A stretch of DNA of 64,000 nt from Cetorhinus maximus (lineage: Eukaryota): assembly GCF_964194155.1 (NCBI RefSeq), contig NC_135888.1, forward strand, positions 91,822,001-91,886,000, written 5' to 3'. Under the pieces are notes generated by a model. The model ran no database searches and was not told where the DNA came from. It worked only from the letters and a program-made list of their open reading frames with translations. Of the stretch, positions 1-13,210 are shown in pieces (the stretch's first letter is position 1; each line of letters starts with the position of its first letter). The position numbers and the translations under genes are program-made.

Positions 1-879
1 TGTGTTTTAACAATAACCTGGCAGTTTTGGTGGTTATTTTTCATTATGCTATAAATAGCCAGATTGATTTAATTCATTTTGACAATTTCCCAGATTTGAG
101 ATTTGAACTTTCAAACTCTGGGTTTCTAATCTCATGGTCATCATACTACCCTATTGTAATTTGAAGTCCAATGACAGAATATAACCATAATCATCATTCT
201 CACATACTGAAGTCATTTGCCTGGTAATGTTTTCAGTCACTCATCAGGAGTTTATGCCTCTGAAACTGATGACAATGGAAGCGGATGGGCCTAAAACTAT
301 GTGGGTTGGTTTTCGGGCAGACCTCCATCATGTCAGGGCCACAATTTACCAGTGGCGGATGGGAACCTGCTCATGGTTTCACAATAGGCAATTTAGAGCC
401 AATTAACCTTGTCACTGATCCAATAAGTTGCGATTTTATGGGTCCCTCCGAATTTAATGGTGAGTGCCCAGGGAACATGAGGTGGGGAGCCTCGTCAGCT
501 TCTCAACAATGGCAATGGGACAGCAATAGGCAGCTATTGAGTCAGGCGTTTTTCCTTCGGAGGTTGGAAGGTACAGTGCCTATAGTGCAGGACAAGTTGT
601 CGGAAAGCTATGGATCTGGGTCAAGTCCCCCCCTTGATGTCATTGAGGTTATATGAAGGGAATCAATTGAGAGGGGCCTAAAAGGAGGGCGGGGTGTTGT
701 GGCAGCTCCTGGCAGGGTGGCCCATTAGACAGCCAGTGTTCAAGTGCCACGGGCACCGTTCTTTCAGGAGTAGGGTCTTTCGGTGAAGAGGAGAACCTGA
801 TGGGGGGAGGAGGTGCAGGCACATGGATCAGGACAGCAACAAGCTCCTGGCCACCTGTGGGGGCAGCCTCATGACCAGG

Positions 880-3800
880 AAGCAGTAAAAGGCCGCAAAG
901 GGGACCGCGAGCAGGCGCCAGCGTGGAGATGAAGTTACCCTGTGGCCAGGGAATGCAGACTAAAGATGAGCTACATCCAGATTCATGATTTCAGTGTTGC
1001 CAAAGACAGCGCCTCCCTCAAGAGGCCATGCCCAAGCTGTGCGCCATGCTGGCTGCATTGTGATCATCTGATATCCATCAAGGTCACCATGGCCCTAAAT
1101 TCCTATGCCTTAGGCTCATTCCAGGGACCCACTGGGGACATGTGTGGCATCTTCCAATCAGCCTCACATCTCTGCAACAAGGTACTGAAATGTGCCTTCT
1201 TCAGGAGGGCCAACTAGTACATACCTTACCGAACTGTTGCGGACAGTCAGGCTGAGAGAGCCAGAGGATTCAATGCCATTTCTGGATTCCCCCAGGCGCA
1301 AGGCCTCATAGACTGAGACTACACACATATGGCCCATCAAGGCTTCATAGGCCATCCGGCAGCCTTCATTAACCAGAAGGGATTTCATTCCATAAAAATC
1401 CAAATGGTCTGTGACCACTGTCAGTGAATTCTGCAAGTGTGTGCTCATTATCCTGGGACCAGCCACAACACTTTCATTCTCCAGTAATCCTAGGTGCCAC
1501 AGCTTTACACCACCCGCACCTCCCCCCAGCTTTTAAAGGTGGATTCTTGCTGACAAGGGATACCCACTCAAAAGATGATTGCTGACGGCAGTGAGCAACT
1601 CTAGGATGGAGATGGAGGAAATCTACAAGGTGAGTCATGCGGTGACTAGAGTAACCATAAAGCAGTCTCTTCTTCTTAGGCAGTCCATTGAGGTCGAGGA
1701 TGATTTGCTTACACACTAAAAATGAGTTCTCAGGTGACTGAAGAGTCAAATGTGCGACCTACAGTCTCTGTCACAGGTGGCAGATGGTGGTAGGGGGAAT
1801 GGGTGGGTGGGTGGGGTGCCCAGGTTGCCACAGACTCCTTTTGCTGTCGATGCTTGGCTTCAGCTAACCCTTGGCGATTAGACTTGATGCATTCAGCTCC
1901 TTCCCGGATACTCTCCTTCCATTTCGGGCAGTCTTGGGCCAGGGATTCCCAGATGTTGATGGGGATGTTGCACATTTTTAAGGGGGCTTTGAGGGTGTCC
2001 TTGAAGTGCCTCCCCTACCCTCCTAGGCTCGCTTGCCGTGTCAAAGCTCTGAATAGAACGCTTGTTTCAGGAGCCTCGCGTCAGGCTTGCGGACGATGTG
2101 GCCTTCCCAGCAGAGCTGATTGAGCGTGGTCAATGCTTCGATGCTGGGGACGTTGACCTGAGCTAGAACACAGACGTTGGTGCTCCTATCCAGCCAATAG
2201 ATTTGCAGAATCTTGGGGAAGCTGTACTGGTGGTACTTCTCCAGAGTTTTGAGGTGCCTGCTGTACATAGTCCACACCCTTGAGTTATTTAGGAGCTCTG
2301 TAGACCATGAGCTTGGTGCCAGGTTTGAGGCCCTGACCTTCAAATATTCTCTTCCTCAGGTGGCTAAAGGCTGCGCTGGCACACTGAAGGTGGTGTTGAA
2401 CCTCATCATCAATGTCTGCCCTTGTTGGCAGAAGGCTCCCAAGGTATGGAAAGGCCTCATCATGGATTTTGATAACCGTGGCGGGGGAGGCAGTGCGGTG
2501 TGGAGTGCGGTGCAGGTTGGTGGAGGACCTTTGTTTTATGGATGTTTAGTATAAGGCCCAAGCTCTCATACACCTCAGTGAAGGTGTTGACGATGGTTTG
2601 GAGCTCGGCCTCCAAGTGTGCGCAGACACAGACATCATCTGCTTACTGTAGTTCAATGAAAGAGGATGGGATGACCTTGGATCTGGCCTGCAGGCAGCGG
2701 AGGTTGAACAGGTTCCCATTTGTTCTGTAGTTTAGCTCCACTCTAGCGGGGAGCTTGCTGAGGGTGAGATGGAGCATTGCAGCAAGGAAAATCGAGAAGT
2801 GCTTCGGTACGAGATCACAGCCTTGCTTGACCCCAATCTGAACGTGGACTGGGTCTGTGGTGGATCCATTGGTCAGGATCACAGCTTGCATGTCATCGTG
2901 GGGCAGGTGGAGGATAGTGACAAACTTTTGGGAGCAGCCAAAATGGAGGAGGACGCTCCATAATCCTTCGTGGTTGACAGTGTCTAAAGCTTTTGTAAGG
3001 TTAAAGAGGGCCATGTACAAGGGTTGGTGCTGTTCCCTGCATTTCCCTTGCAGTTGTTCCGCAGTGAATATCATGTCCATTGTGCCCCATAATGGGCAGT
3101 ATCTGCATTTCAACTCTGGGAGGAGCTCTTCAGCTACAGGGAGAAGGTGATTGAGGGGGATTCTTGTGATGACCTTCCCTGTGGCCAACAGCAGGGAAAT
3201 TCTTCTATATTTACCGCAGTCAGATTTGTCAACTTTCCTAAAGATGGTCACGATTATGGCATCTCTGAGATCTCCAGGTATGCTTTCCTTCTTCCAGATA
3301 ATGGAGATGAGGCCATGTATTCGTGCCAATCGTGCTTCTCTGCCAAGGTCAACTAAGGACCACAGCCTTCAGACATATGTAGAGCTGCTTTCTTGCTCTC
3401 GAGTTGGGTTGCTGTTTCAGGTTCAGAAATGCCTTGCGCTTGTGGCTTATCAGCTCCTGGATTTCCTGGTCATTCTCATCGAACCAGGCTTGGTGTTTCC
3501 TGGTCAAGTGACCAAGCGTCGCTTCACAGGTGCTGACTAAGGATGCCTTGAGGTCAGACAAGGCATTGTGGCCACTCTGCGTCTCTGGGTCACCGGGAGT
3601 TGCCAGGTTGGCAGTGAGGCATTGGCTGAATACAGCTCCCTTAATAGGGTCCTTGAGTGCCTCAGTGCTGATTTTCCTGCGGCTTTGTTTCTGTAGCCGT
3701 GGCTGCTTTAGGGCTACATTGATGTTGATGACAGAGCGAATTAGGCGGTGGTCTGTCCCGCAGTTGTCGGCTCCTGTTACGGCGCAGGTGATATGCAAGC

Positions 3801-4925
3801 CCTTGCGGTCCCTTGCTTTGACAATTACATAGTCGAGTTGGTGCCAGTGCTTGGAGTGAGGGTGTTGCCATGGGGCCTTGTACTTGTCCCTCTGATGGAA
3901 CGAGGTGTTGGTTCTGACAAGGCCATGTTCTAGGCATTTTGTCAGGAGCAGGGCACCATTGCTGTTGGATTTCCCTACCCTCTCTCTGCTGATTATATCT
4001 CCCCAGGGATCTGTGTCCTTCCCAACTCTGGTGTTGAAGGTGCCAAGGAGGATCAGCTTATCACCCGTTGGGACTCAGGCTGGGGATTGTGTGAGGCTGG
4101 AGTAAAATTCCTCTTTGGACTCATCCGTAGCATCCAGTATTGGAGCGTACACGCTGAGGACGGTAGCGCATTGGTTCTGGGCTAGGGTGAGCCAAAGGGT
4201 CATGAGGCATTCGTTTATCCCACAAGGGGTGTCTTTGAGATGACCAACTAGTTTGTTTTTAGTGGCGAAGCCAACCCCGTGGAGGGGGCAATCTTCTACT
4301 GGTTTACCTTTCCAGAAGAAGGTGTAACTGCCACCTTGTTCCTTGAGCTGGCCTCCCCCTGCCCATCGGTCCTCACTTAGGGCGGTGATGTCAATGTCAA
4401 AATGTCTGAGGTCCCGGGCAATGATAGCAGTATGCCATTCCGGTCTGTCACTGTTGGGATTGTCCATTAGGGTCCTTATGTTCCAGGTCCTGAACTTTGT
4501 TTTAAGGGGGTGGAAGATGCCTGATCGTGAGTTCTTTTAACGTGGGATGGCCATTACACACCAGCTACCACACAGCTTTGACAGAGCAAGGCCTTGGTCC
4601 AGTGGAAGGGAGTCTGAGACAACTGGAGACCAAGCTCCACTGCATGGGCCTACGACATACAGACACACTTGTTCCTACTGTGCTCTTTTACCCTTCCCAC
4701 AGGACCACTCTGCCTATGGTTCATAAAATAAAATGGCAGCCTCACCAATAAAGCAGACTATCAGTCTCCTCAAAAGGAAATTCAGTTGCCTGGATCAAAT
4801 GAGTGGGGTAATTTAATCTGCCCCAGCAAGGCTCTCCGATTGTAGTGGTCTGCTGTGCCGTACGTAACCTGGCACTGCAGAGTGGGGAGGTTCTGGCTGC
4901 TATGGACTCAATGGAGTGCGAAGCA
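880..4925 (+). pseudogene. HARBI1-like (DDE_Tnp_4) Harbinger transposase relic, split by the RTE insertion
   Basis: ORF 942-1217 contains KVTMALNSYALGSFQGPTGDMCGIFQSASHLC, followed by FINQKGFHSIKIQMVCDH. Across the LINE junction it reads RVTIKQ|TISLLKRKFSCLD...IVVVCCAVRNLALQ. Frameshifts and stops present. Confidence 0.85.
1669..4747 (-). mobile_element. Near full-length RTE-clade LINE (APE endonuclease + RT, frameshifted)
   Basis: APE motif DRPEWHTAIIARDLRHFDIDITALSE (4075-4467), RT segments GDLRD...YRRISLL...GVKQGC (2643-3329), C-terminal part 1730-2343, (AAG)n 3' tail at 1669-1680, TSD ATAAAGCAGTCT (1657-1668) / ATAAAGCAGACT (4748-4759). Confidence 0.92.
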
Positions 4926-4927
4926 TC

Positions 4928-6240
4928 TCAGGCAAGGATGAAGATGAGAAAGCTGATGTACTGGATGTGGCTCTCCATGAGAGTCGCTAATCTCTCCATG
5001 GAGGGAGACATGTGCAGATGAGAGGGAGATTCATTCATAGCCCAGATGGACTGCTCCACTGTCTGAACCAGGTTGTAGATACTTTCTGGAAGCTCTGCCA
5101 ACTCATCATGCACCTCACGCTGGACTCCCAGCATCTGCTGCCTCATGGATGACCCTAGAGGAAGTTCATTAGCCTGGGGCTCAGCATGGGCCTGCCCTCT
5201 GAAACTCCTCTGGCTGTTAGTGGCCTTAGCTGTCACAGCCTCTGGCAGATGGTCTGGCATGTATGTGGTGCTCATACCAGATTGTGACCCTGAATCTTAT
5301 CACAAGTGCATACCCACCGAGGTGAAAGTATCTGTGCTGGAGGGAATTTCAAGGGAATGATGTGATGTTCAGAGTGTTCCCTGGAGATGGCAACTTTCTC
5401 TACCTGTGATTGACCTGTGAGAGAGAACAGAGCAGTCAGTCCTTCTCATTCCTCCTGACAGGAACCCACAGAACCGACTGCAGTTTACATCGACGCCTGC
5501 ACATTGGAAGGCACATGAACACCATCCCTCAAACACAGTCATGAGGCTACTCAACCGCCTGTGAGGAGAGACCAGCCTCACCATCCACGATGGAGCAGCT
5601 GCCATGATGGCCTCACCATCCATGACAAGCAGCCTGCCATCTGTAGAGTCTCCTCCTCCATGCATGTCAGAATGGTGGAGATGGGGATCCCGCCACTGGT
5701 CCAAGACCTCCACGTGGTGCTCTGGGCCCTATTCTGATGCAGGAACATGGAAGGACCATGTTGTCGCCTCACAAAAGTGGATACACGCCTATTCAACTTG
5801 CACCCTAGCTGCTGCCTCTGTGGCCAATGGTGTACTTGGGGCATTGGGCCACACTGGAGCCACCTGGCAAGGGTGCAAAGTGCCAGACTCAGGCCCCTTG
5901 ACAGAGCTGCAGATATTCCGTTCAAAGTGAATGCTGCAGCTGTAACCCTCTGTCATCTACAGGCTCTCCCTCCCCTGCCTCATCACCCTGACACATCCAT
6001 TTGCTGCTCTCCAGCAGGAAATGAGTTCTGATACTCACCCTTGAGCAGAGAAGCTTGTTAATGGCAACACTGCAGCCAGATTCTCACAATGACCCCCATG
6101 GCCTCCTTCGTGACCTTTGTCCAGACTTGCTTGGCTAGGCAGGGAAGTCTCCTCCTTCTGCCGCTGGGGAAGAGGACCTCATGCCTTGGCTGAGTAGACT
6201 GGGGTCAGAGAACTGCCTTTCCTCAGGTGTTCTTCTGTTA
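4928..6240 (-). pseudogene. Harbinger Myb/SANT-like DNA-binding partner gene relic (multi-exon)
   Basis: Exon-1-like FSDPSL...EVLFPSGRRRRLPCLAKQVWTKV...WLQC ending at a GTGAGTA donor (~6032-6038), exon-2-like TSGGIPISTILTCMEEETLQMAG, and coiled-coil-like RQQMLGVQREVHDELAELPES. Confidence 0.7.
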
Positions 6241-6630
6241 GAAGGATGACTGTTCATTGGCCAAAGGAGTGATGACTGTTCATTGACCAATGGGGTAATG
6301 ACTCTTCATTGGCTGATGGAGGGATGACTGTTCATTGGCTGATGGGATGAATGTTCGGCTGTTGGAGGGATGACTGTTCACAGGCTGATGGAGAGATGAC
6401 TGTTCATTGGCTGATGGGATGAATGTTAGGCTGATGGAGGGATGATTGTTCATTGGCTTATGGAGAGATGACTGTTCATTGGCTGATAGAGGGATGCCTG
6501 TTCATTGGCTGATGGAGGAATGACTATTCATAGGTTTATGGAGGGATGACTGTTCATTGGCTAATGGAGGGATGACTGTTCATTGGCTGATAGAGGGAAG
6601 ACTGTTCATTGGCTGATGGAGGGATGACTG
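6241..6630. repeat. Minisatellite, 26-bp unit GGAGGGATGACTGTTCATTGGCTGAT, ~15.5 units including two 20-bp variants
   Basis: Directly visible tandem array. Confidence 0.95.
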
Positions 6631-7249
6631 GTGCAGCAAAGTTTGATTGAAACAGGGCTCCAGTGCTAGTGACCATTTAATTGTGGCGCCAGCTCTTCTT
6701 TCCACATTAGCTGACAACACGGCCACTGTATCAGTCCCTGCCTCCGGCCAATGAATTGTTGGCCAGCCCCCATGCTTACCATTAATAGACTGTCCAGCAT
6801 ACCATTGCTCCGGACATGGGAGTCAGAGCGGGAGGAGCATTGCCATCGCTTGCTGTTCCTCCTCCCCCTTCCAGCCCGGTTCCACAAATTCCTGGCTACT
6901 GTTTCACTACCACGGGGTAGGAATCCCCTTTTTCCTCATCACCCACTCTTTACACTACCTTAAATAAAAAGGAGTAGCCTCATATTCAAATTAACATCCT
7001 CCCCTTATTTTTGTACCATCATTTTTCATGCCCAAAGTTTATTGTTTCTGTTCCTCTATTAGCTAGTACTGTCGAGCCAACCTTGTACTGGTTATACTGC
7101 TTAATGCAGACTGCACCAGTGCCTGGACTGCAACATGGGTATTGTTGCCTTCCCAGCCACAAAGTTATTCAAATGAGTTATTCTATTTCACTAAAGGAGG
7201 AAACCACAGTAATGAGAAATCACTATCTTCAATGTATTACTCATTTTCA

Positions 7250-8760
7250 GTATACACCAACACTGATCTGCAGCCAACAGCACTTGAAGTTCCATTCACC
7301 AGGAAGTTCTGAACAAAATGGTTCTTTCTCTGTTAGGGTTTCCACTGCATCTGTTTTTAATGCCCAGGAGATCCCTGACTTTGTCCTCTGTTGATGGCTG
7401 TGGCCCATGCTGCACTTCTGAAGATACCTGGTGCATGCTTGCAGAATAAAATGAGGCACCAGAAGAAGTTTGGCCACTCGGCTCTTGGTCCCAGTGGAGT
7501 GCAGTTCTGATATGTTCCACAATAATTGGTCCTGGACAGTGCTGGGAGAGCTGACTTGCTCCAGTGGTTTTCTGCTCCTGGCGTGACAGAGCTTTCATAA
7601 TCAAAACATTTTCCAAAATATTTCAGGTGTAGAGCTTAACTCCCACACAATGTGAATATCCCCAGCAAACATATACAACATCCAATCATCCGAAAATATT
7701 GCTACATGTTCTTACTTCTACAAATAAGTGTAGATTTAATAGAATAATTGTTTGACTTGCATCACATTTCTGGGTGCAACCCATACTTTTTACTAAGAAT
7801 GATTAAATGTTGTTTATTAAGTGACGGTTTATTGTGTAGAAATTAAATCTAATGTTGTGTATTAATGGATTCTGGCCCCCTTGAAAATAAGTTTCTTGAA
7901 AAATGATGGCTTATTGCTGACATGAATTGACTTAGCTAAGCTTGATTGCTGCTAGCTACACATGCCCAAAGGTTTAAACCAAATATCCCAATGTAATACC
8001 ATATACAACTCACAGAAATTATCACAATGCTATACCTAATGAATCTCATGTATTATTCTGAAGTAAACTTAAAGACAATTTTCTTCTGAGTAACTATTAT
8101 TTCTCCCAAAGCGAGGAAGGAAGCAATCGTAAGATTGTGACATATGACTGAGATGTTTGCAACATGGATGACTATCAGCATCAGCTGAACAAAATTAAAC
8201 AGTGGCAAAGAATGACTTTGTCTCAGGGCAAATGAAGCTATTATAGAATAATCAAAGTACAAATAAAATCTGAACATGAATTTGATTGCTATGTCACACT
8301 ATGTAAACAAAGTACTGTGTAAGAAAGTTAACATTTTAGATCATGTACTTGTGTGAATGAACTGCTTTAATCCATAAAATATGCCGTGCCTTCTTTTGTA
8401 AATTGTATGTGGGAAGAATGACTGATTGGATTCTTCTGTTCTACTTTTGTTGATATCTGGGGACTGAATGTGGGCAGGTTTATTAAAAGAAAGGAATTTA
8501 ACATTATCCACTGCATTTTCCATTATTTGGCCCAAAGCAACATGGCATGCAAAGGACACCTGTCTGCCCCTACTGTCCAGCATTGCAATGATTGCAATGC
8601 CAGGCTTGAAGACTTTGAAATAACTGAGTTTACTGGCTTTGCGGAAGCCACCACCTGCAACACCATACTACAAGCAGAACTCCAGAAGCCTCCTGCAATT
8701 ATTCTCCACTCCAATACCAGCTGAATGCTGGTGAAAGCTGGGGAACTTGCCAAAATATTT
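7250..8760 (-). mobile_element. Possible very old RTE-like LINE fragments (APE remnant ~8520-8750, RT remnant ~7250-7620)
   Basis: Minus-strand GIGVENNCRRLLEFC resembles the APE 'NENGxRLLEFC' motif and ISELHSTGTKSRV resembles RT 'IRALYTGTESRV'. The order is consistent but the sequence is heavily decayed. Confidence 0.3.
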
Positions 8761-9240
8761 TAATGACTCAGGGACTTAAAAATCAGTTGGGATCATGAAT
8801 ATCTTTGCAGTGGGCGGAAATTCTGCCCATGCTAAAGAGATGGCACAATTCCACACAGAAGATTTGGGTCAGGGTATTAAGAAGAGAAGAACAAATTTGC
8901 TGCACAGGGCTATCCAAAGGTTGAAACAAAGAAGCTCGACATAGAAGTAGGCTGCTTAACTACAAATGTAAGAAAAAAACTGTTTGACCCTTCAATTGTG
9001 CACCTTTTACAGATTTTTTTTATAATCTTAGATCCAGATGAAACCCCAAGGCTAATGTTAGATATTATAGCACAAGAATTGCTTTAGTCACTTGATTTAT
9101 GCTTTTTTTTAGAAATAACTACCAAAGCAAACCGTCATAAATAAGTTCTCATGTCTCTACACTAAACAGCCAAAGTAAATCATCTTGCCAAAGTTGAAAA
9201 GAGTAGAAGAGAAGGTAGGTTAATATGTTGTCATGTTAAC

Positions 9241-9778
9241 AGGCTGAATTTTCACAGCTCTATGACAATGGAGGCGGGAGGGCTAGGAATATGACAGGGA
9301 AAGGCATCAGGAGGGGAGACTGAACTTTTCACACTGCCATGGAACATTAGCAGTAGCGGGACCCTCAGTGGTACTGCCAACTATGGTACTTAAGTAAAAT
9401 TAATTAAATGAATGGACACTTGCTGACCCCATCAGCATTTGTCCGCCTAGGTGGGGGTTGGGGGAGGCCTGTCACAGCATGGAGAGGCTGCCATGTATGT
9501 CCTGGCAGCCTCCAAGTGGGTTCCTGGTGGGGGCCCTCCTGAATGGCTGTTTCATGAACAAAGGAGGGCTCCCTCCCCACCCCCAGTGACAAAGGTGACT
9601 CCAGTGCCTACAGCACCGCCACTGGAATATGCCACCACCCCAATTGCCAGGGCCTGCTGGTCCTGCCAACACTTACCTCACCTTTGAGGGTTCCTCATTA
9701 AGGAGTCACCCACTCTTTCATGCTGCAGCCTCAGCAGTAGCCACCACTAGCAGTGGCGTTGCCAATGCTGCTGAGCTT
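9241..9778. mobile_element. Degenerate non-autonomous Harbinger-type element fragment; related sequence resumes at ~11300-11590 after the LINE
   Basis: Starts AGGCTGAATTTT, resembling the MITE TIR; 9695-9778 is similar to 11310-11390. Confidence 0.4.
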
Positions 9779-9779
9779 T

Positions 9780-11300
9780 GTTTTTATTTAGTCATTTACA
9801 GGATGTGGGTGTTGCTGGGTAGGCTGACATTTGTTGCCCATCCATAATTGCCCTTGAGAAGGTGATGGTGAGCTGCCTTCTTGAAATGCTGCAGCCCATG
9901 TGGTGTAGGTACACCCACATTGCTGTTAGGAAGGGAGTTCCAGGACTTTGACCCAGTGACAGTGATTTAGTTCCAAGCCAGGATTGTGTGTGACTTAGAG
10001 GGGAACTTGCAGGTGATAGCGTTCCCATGCACCTGCTGCCCTTGCCCTTCTAGGTGGTGGAGGTTGCAGGTTTGGAAGGTGTTGTCTAAGGAGGCTTGAT
10101 GAGTTGCTGCAGTGCATCTTGTAGATGGTATACACTGCTGCCACTGTATGTCGGTGATGGAGGGAGTGAATGTTTGTGGATGTGGTGCCAATCAAGCAGA
10201 CTGCTTTTCGTGGATGCTGTCAAGCCTCTCGAGTGTTGTTGGACTTGCACTCATCCAGGCAAGTGGGGAGTATTCCATCACACTCCTGGCTTGTGGATGG
10301 TGGACAAGCTTTGGGGAGTCAGGAGGTGAGTTACCCTCCACAGAATTCACAGCCTCTGACTTGTTCTTGAGTCACAGTATTTATATAGCTTCTTCAGTTA
10401 AATTTATGGTCAATGGTAAGCCCCCAGGATGTTGATAGTGAGGGATTCTGCAATGGTAATTTTTATTCTTTCATGGGGTGTGGGCATCACTGGCAAAGCT
10501 ACCCTAATTGCCTTTGAACTGTACATTTCAGAAGGCATTTAAGAGTCAACCACATTGCTGTGGGTCTGGAGTCACATGTAGGCCAGACTGGATAAGGATG
10601 GCAGATTTCCTTCTCTAAAGGGCAATAGTGAACCAGATGGGTCTTTACAACAATCAGTGATAATTTCGTGGTCACCGTTATTGAGACTAGCTTTATATTC
10701 CAGATTATTAATTGAATTTAAATTCCACCAGCTGCTGTAATGGGATGGAATTTGAACCCATGCCCCCAGAGCATTAACCTGATCCTCTTGATTATTAATC
10801 CAGTGTTATTACCACTATGCCACCATCTCCCCCCAAATGCTATTGAATGTCAAAAGGAGATAGCTGGATCCTTTCTTGTTGGAAATAATCATTGACTAGC
10901 ACTTGTGTGGTGCGAATGTTACTTGCCATTTATAAGTTTTCCAAATCTTGCTACTTCTGGACACAGACTGCTTTAGTATCTGAAGAGTCACGAAAGGCAA
11001 TGAACTGTGCAATCCTCAGTGAGCACCCCAAATTTTAACCTTATAATGGAGGGAAGGTGATTGATGAAGAAGCTGAAGATGGTTGGGCCTAGGACACTAC
11101 CCTGAGGAACTCCTGCGGTGATGTCCTGGGACTGAGATGATTGACCTCCAACAACTACAAGCATCTTCTTTGGGGTATGACTCCAAACAGTGGAGAGTTT
11201 TCCTCCCGGATTCCCATTGTGTTCAGTTTTGCTAGGGGTCCTTGATGCCACACTCAGTCAATTGCTGCCTTAATGTCAAGGGTAGTCACCCTCACCTCCC
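9780..11300 (-). mobile_element. CR1-group LINE 'family B', 5'-truncated (RT C-terminus + 3' end)
   Basis: ORF 10988-11251 GVPQGSVLGPTIFSFFINHLPSII; HSLHHRHTVAAVYTIYKMHCSNS; 3' tail shared with copies at 11708, 39385, 39633. Confidence 0.85.
10460..10832 (-). mobile_element. tRNA-derived SINE inserted in family-B LINE and sharing its 3' tail
   Basis: Reverse complement has an A-box-like GGTGGCATAGTGGTAA, a B-box-like GGGTTCAAATTCC and the core GGAAATCTGCCATCCTTATCCAGTCTGGCCTACATGTGACTCCAGACCCACAGCAATGTGGTTGACTCTT. Second copy at 35397. Confidence 0.8.
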
Positions 11301-11707
11301 CTTTCCTTGCCAATGAGGCATCCACTCCTTGATGTTGTAGCCTCAACAATGGTTGCTGCTAGTGGTGATGCTGCCAGGGGTGCCAAGCTGCCAACACTTT
11401 GGTTGGGCTGAGATCTCTGGGAGGTAAGCCGCCATCCTCAATTTGATAGCAGTCCCGGCAGCAGCCTCTTAATTGGACACTGCCAGCAAAATGTCACCAC
11501 AGAGCTCCACCACCTGCCAGAGAGGGGTTGGCACCCACTTTTGGTCCTTGGTTGGGTTTTATAAGAATAACCATGGGAGGAATTAAATCTGAAGGATGCT
11601 TGCAGTTTCTGAGCTTTGAGGTCCCAGGGAAATATTAGTTAAAGTAAGAGATAATATAATATGTCAACACAATGGCCCAGAATTTGCAGGCGTAATGATG
11701 GTGAAAC

Positions 11708-13210
11708 GTTTTTTTTCATTCTCATGATTTTGGTGTCACTGGCAAGGCCAGCATTTGTTGCTCATCCCTAATTGCCCTTGAGAAGATGGTGGTGAGACGC
11801 CATCATGAACCGCTGTAGACAATTTGGTGTTGGTACAATCAGTACTGTTAGGAAGAAGTTCCAGGGTTTTGGCCCAACAACAGTGAAGTAATGCCCGTAT
11901 AGTTCTGTCAGTATGGTGTGCAACTTGGGGGAGAACTTGAAGGTGGTGATATTCCTATATGTTTGCTGCCTTGTTCTTCTACATGGTGTCAGTGCAGGTT
12001 TGGAAGGTGCTGTTGAAGGAAGCTTGGCGATTTGCTGCAGTGCACCTTGTAGATGGCACACACTGCTGCCATTGTGCACTGTAGTGGAGAGAGTGAATGT
12101 TTAAGGTGGTGGATGGGGTGATGATCAAATGGTCTGCTTTGTGATTGTGTCAAGTTTTTTGAATGTTGTTGCATCTAGGTGATGGAGTATCCCATCACAC
12201 TGCTGATGTGTAGATGGTGGACAGGCTTTGGGGAGTCAGGATGTGAGTTACTTACTGCGGAATTCTCAGTCTCTGACTTGGCTCTTGTAGCCAAAGTAAT
12301 TATGTGGCTGATTCAGTTAAGTTTCTGGTCAATGATAATCCCCAAGTTGTTGATGGTGGGGGATTTAGCAATGGTAATGCTATTGACTATCAAGGGGAGA
12401 TGGTAACATTATTTCTTTTAGGTGCTGGTCATTACTTGGCACTTGCCTGGTTCAAATGCTACTCACTACATATCAGTCCAAGCCTGAATGTTATCCAGGT
12501 CATGCTACAGGCATGCATGGACTGCTTTAGTACCTGAAGTCTCACAAATGGCACTGAAAACTGTACAAACATCAGCAAACATCCCCACTTCTGATCTTAT
12601 GATGGAGGCAGGGTCATTGATAAAGCAGCTGAGGTTGGCCTCAGACACTACCCTGAGGAATTCCTGTGGTGATGCCCTGGGACTGAGATGATTGAACTTC
12701 AAAAACCAAAAACATCTTCCTTTGTGCTAGGTATGACTCCAGCAAATGCAGAGTTTTCCTCCTAATTTCCATTGACTTCAATTTTGCTCGGACTTTTTGA
12801 TGCTTTACTCAGTCAAATGCTGCCTTGATGTCAAGGACAGTCACTCTCACCTCACCTAAGGAATTCGGCATCCATGTTTGGACCATGAGGTCTGGAGCTG
12901 AGCGGCCCAGGGGAAACCTGAACTGAGCATCAGTGAACAGGTTATTGCTATGTAAGTGTCATTTGAAGCACTGTCAGCGATACCTTCCATCACTTTGCTA
13001 TGCTTGAGAGGAGACCGACGGGGTGCTAATTGTCTGGAATGGGTTTGTTCTGCTTTCTGTGAACAGGCCATTGGAATTACTCAATTTTCCACATTGTTGG
13101 GTAGATGCCAGTGTTGTAGCTGTACAGGAACAGCTTGGCTAGAGGCATGGCTAGTTCTGGAGCACTGGTCTTCAGCGCTACAGCCGGGATGTTGTCAGGG
13201 CCCATAGCCC
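11708..13210 (-). mobile_element. CR1-group LINE family B, 5'-truncated
   Basis: ORF 12505-12702 CFINDPASIIRSEVGMFADVCT (YADD-equivalent region); colinear with 9780-11300. Confidence 0.85.

Larger units (their letters stand above)
300..6897. mobile_element. Decayed two-gene PIF/Harbinger DNA transposon (transposase on +, Myb/SANT partner on -, convergent), interrupted by an RTE LINE; outer ends approximate
   Basis: HARBI1-like peptides on + (880-1668, 4748-4925), Myb/SANT-partner peptides on - (4928-6240), TIR-like AAATTCCTGGC near 6886-6896; left TIR not clean. Confidence 0.7.

Noticed and set aside
880-1668. Domesticated host gene HARBI1 (or NAIF1/MSANTD for the Myb relics)
   Set aside because: All copies have stops and frameshifts, are interrupted by other elements and occur as multiple relics.
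1669-4747. Calling the RTE element BovB
   Set aside because: The APE N-terminal sequence does not match my recollection of BovB; left at RTE-clade level.
6241-6630. CRISPR-like array
   Set aside because: Units are head-to-tail with no unique spacers, there are no cas genes, and the context is eukaryotic.
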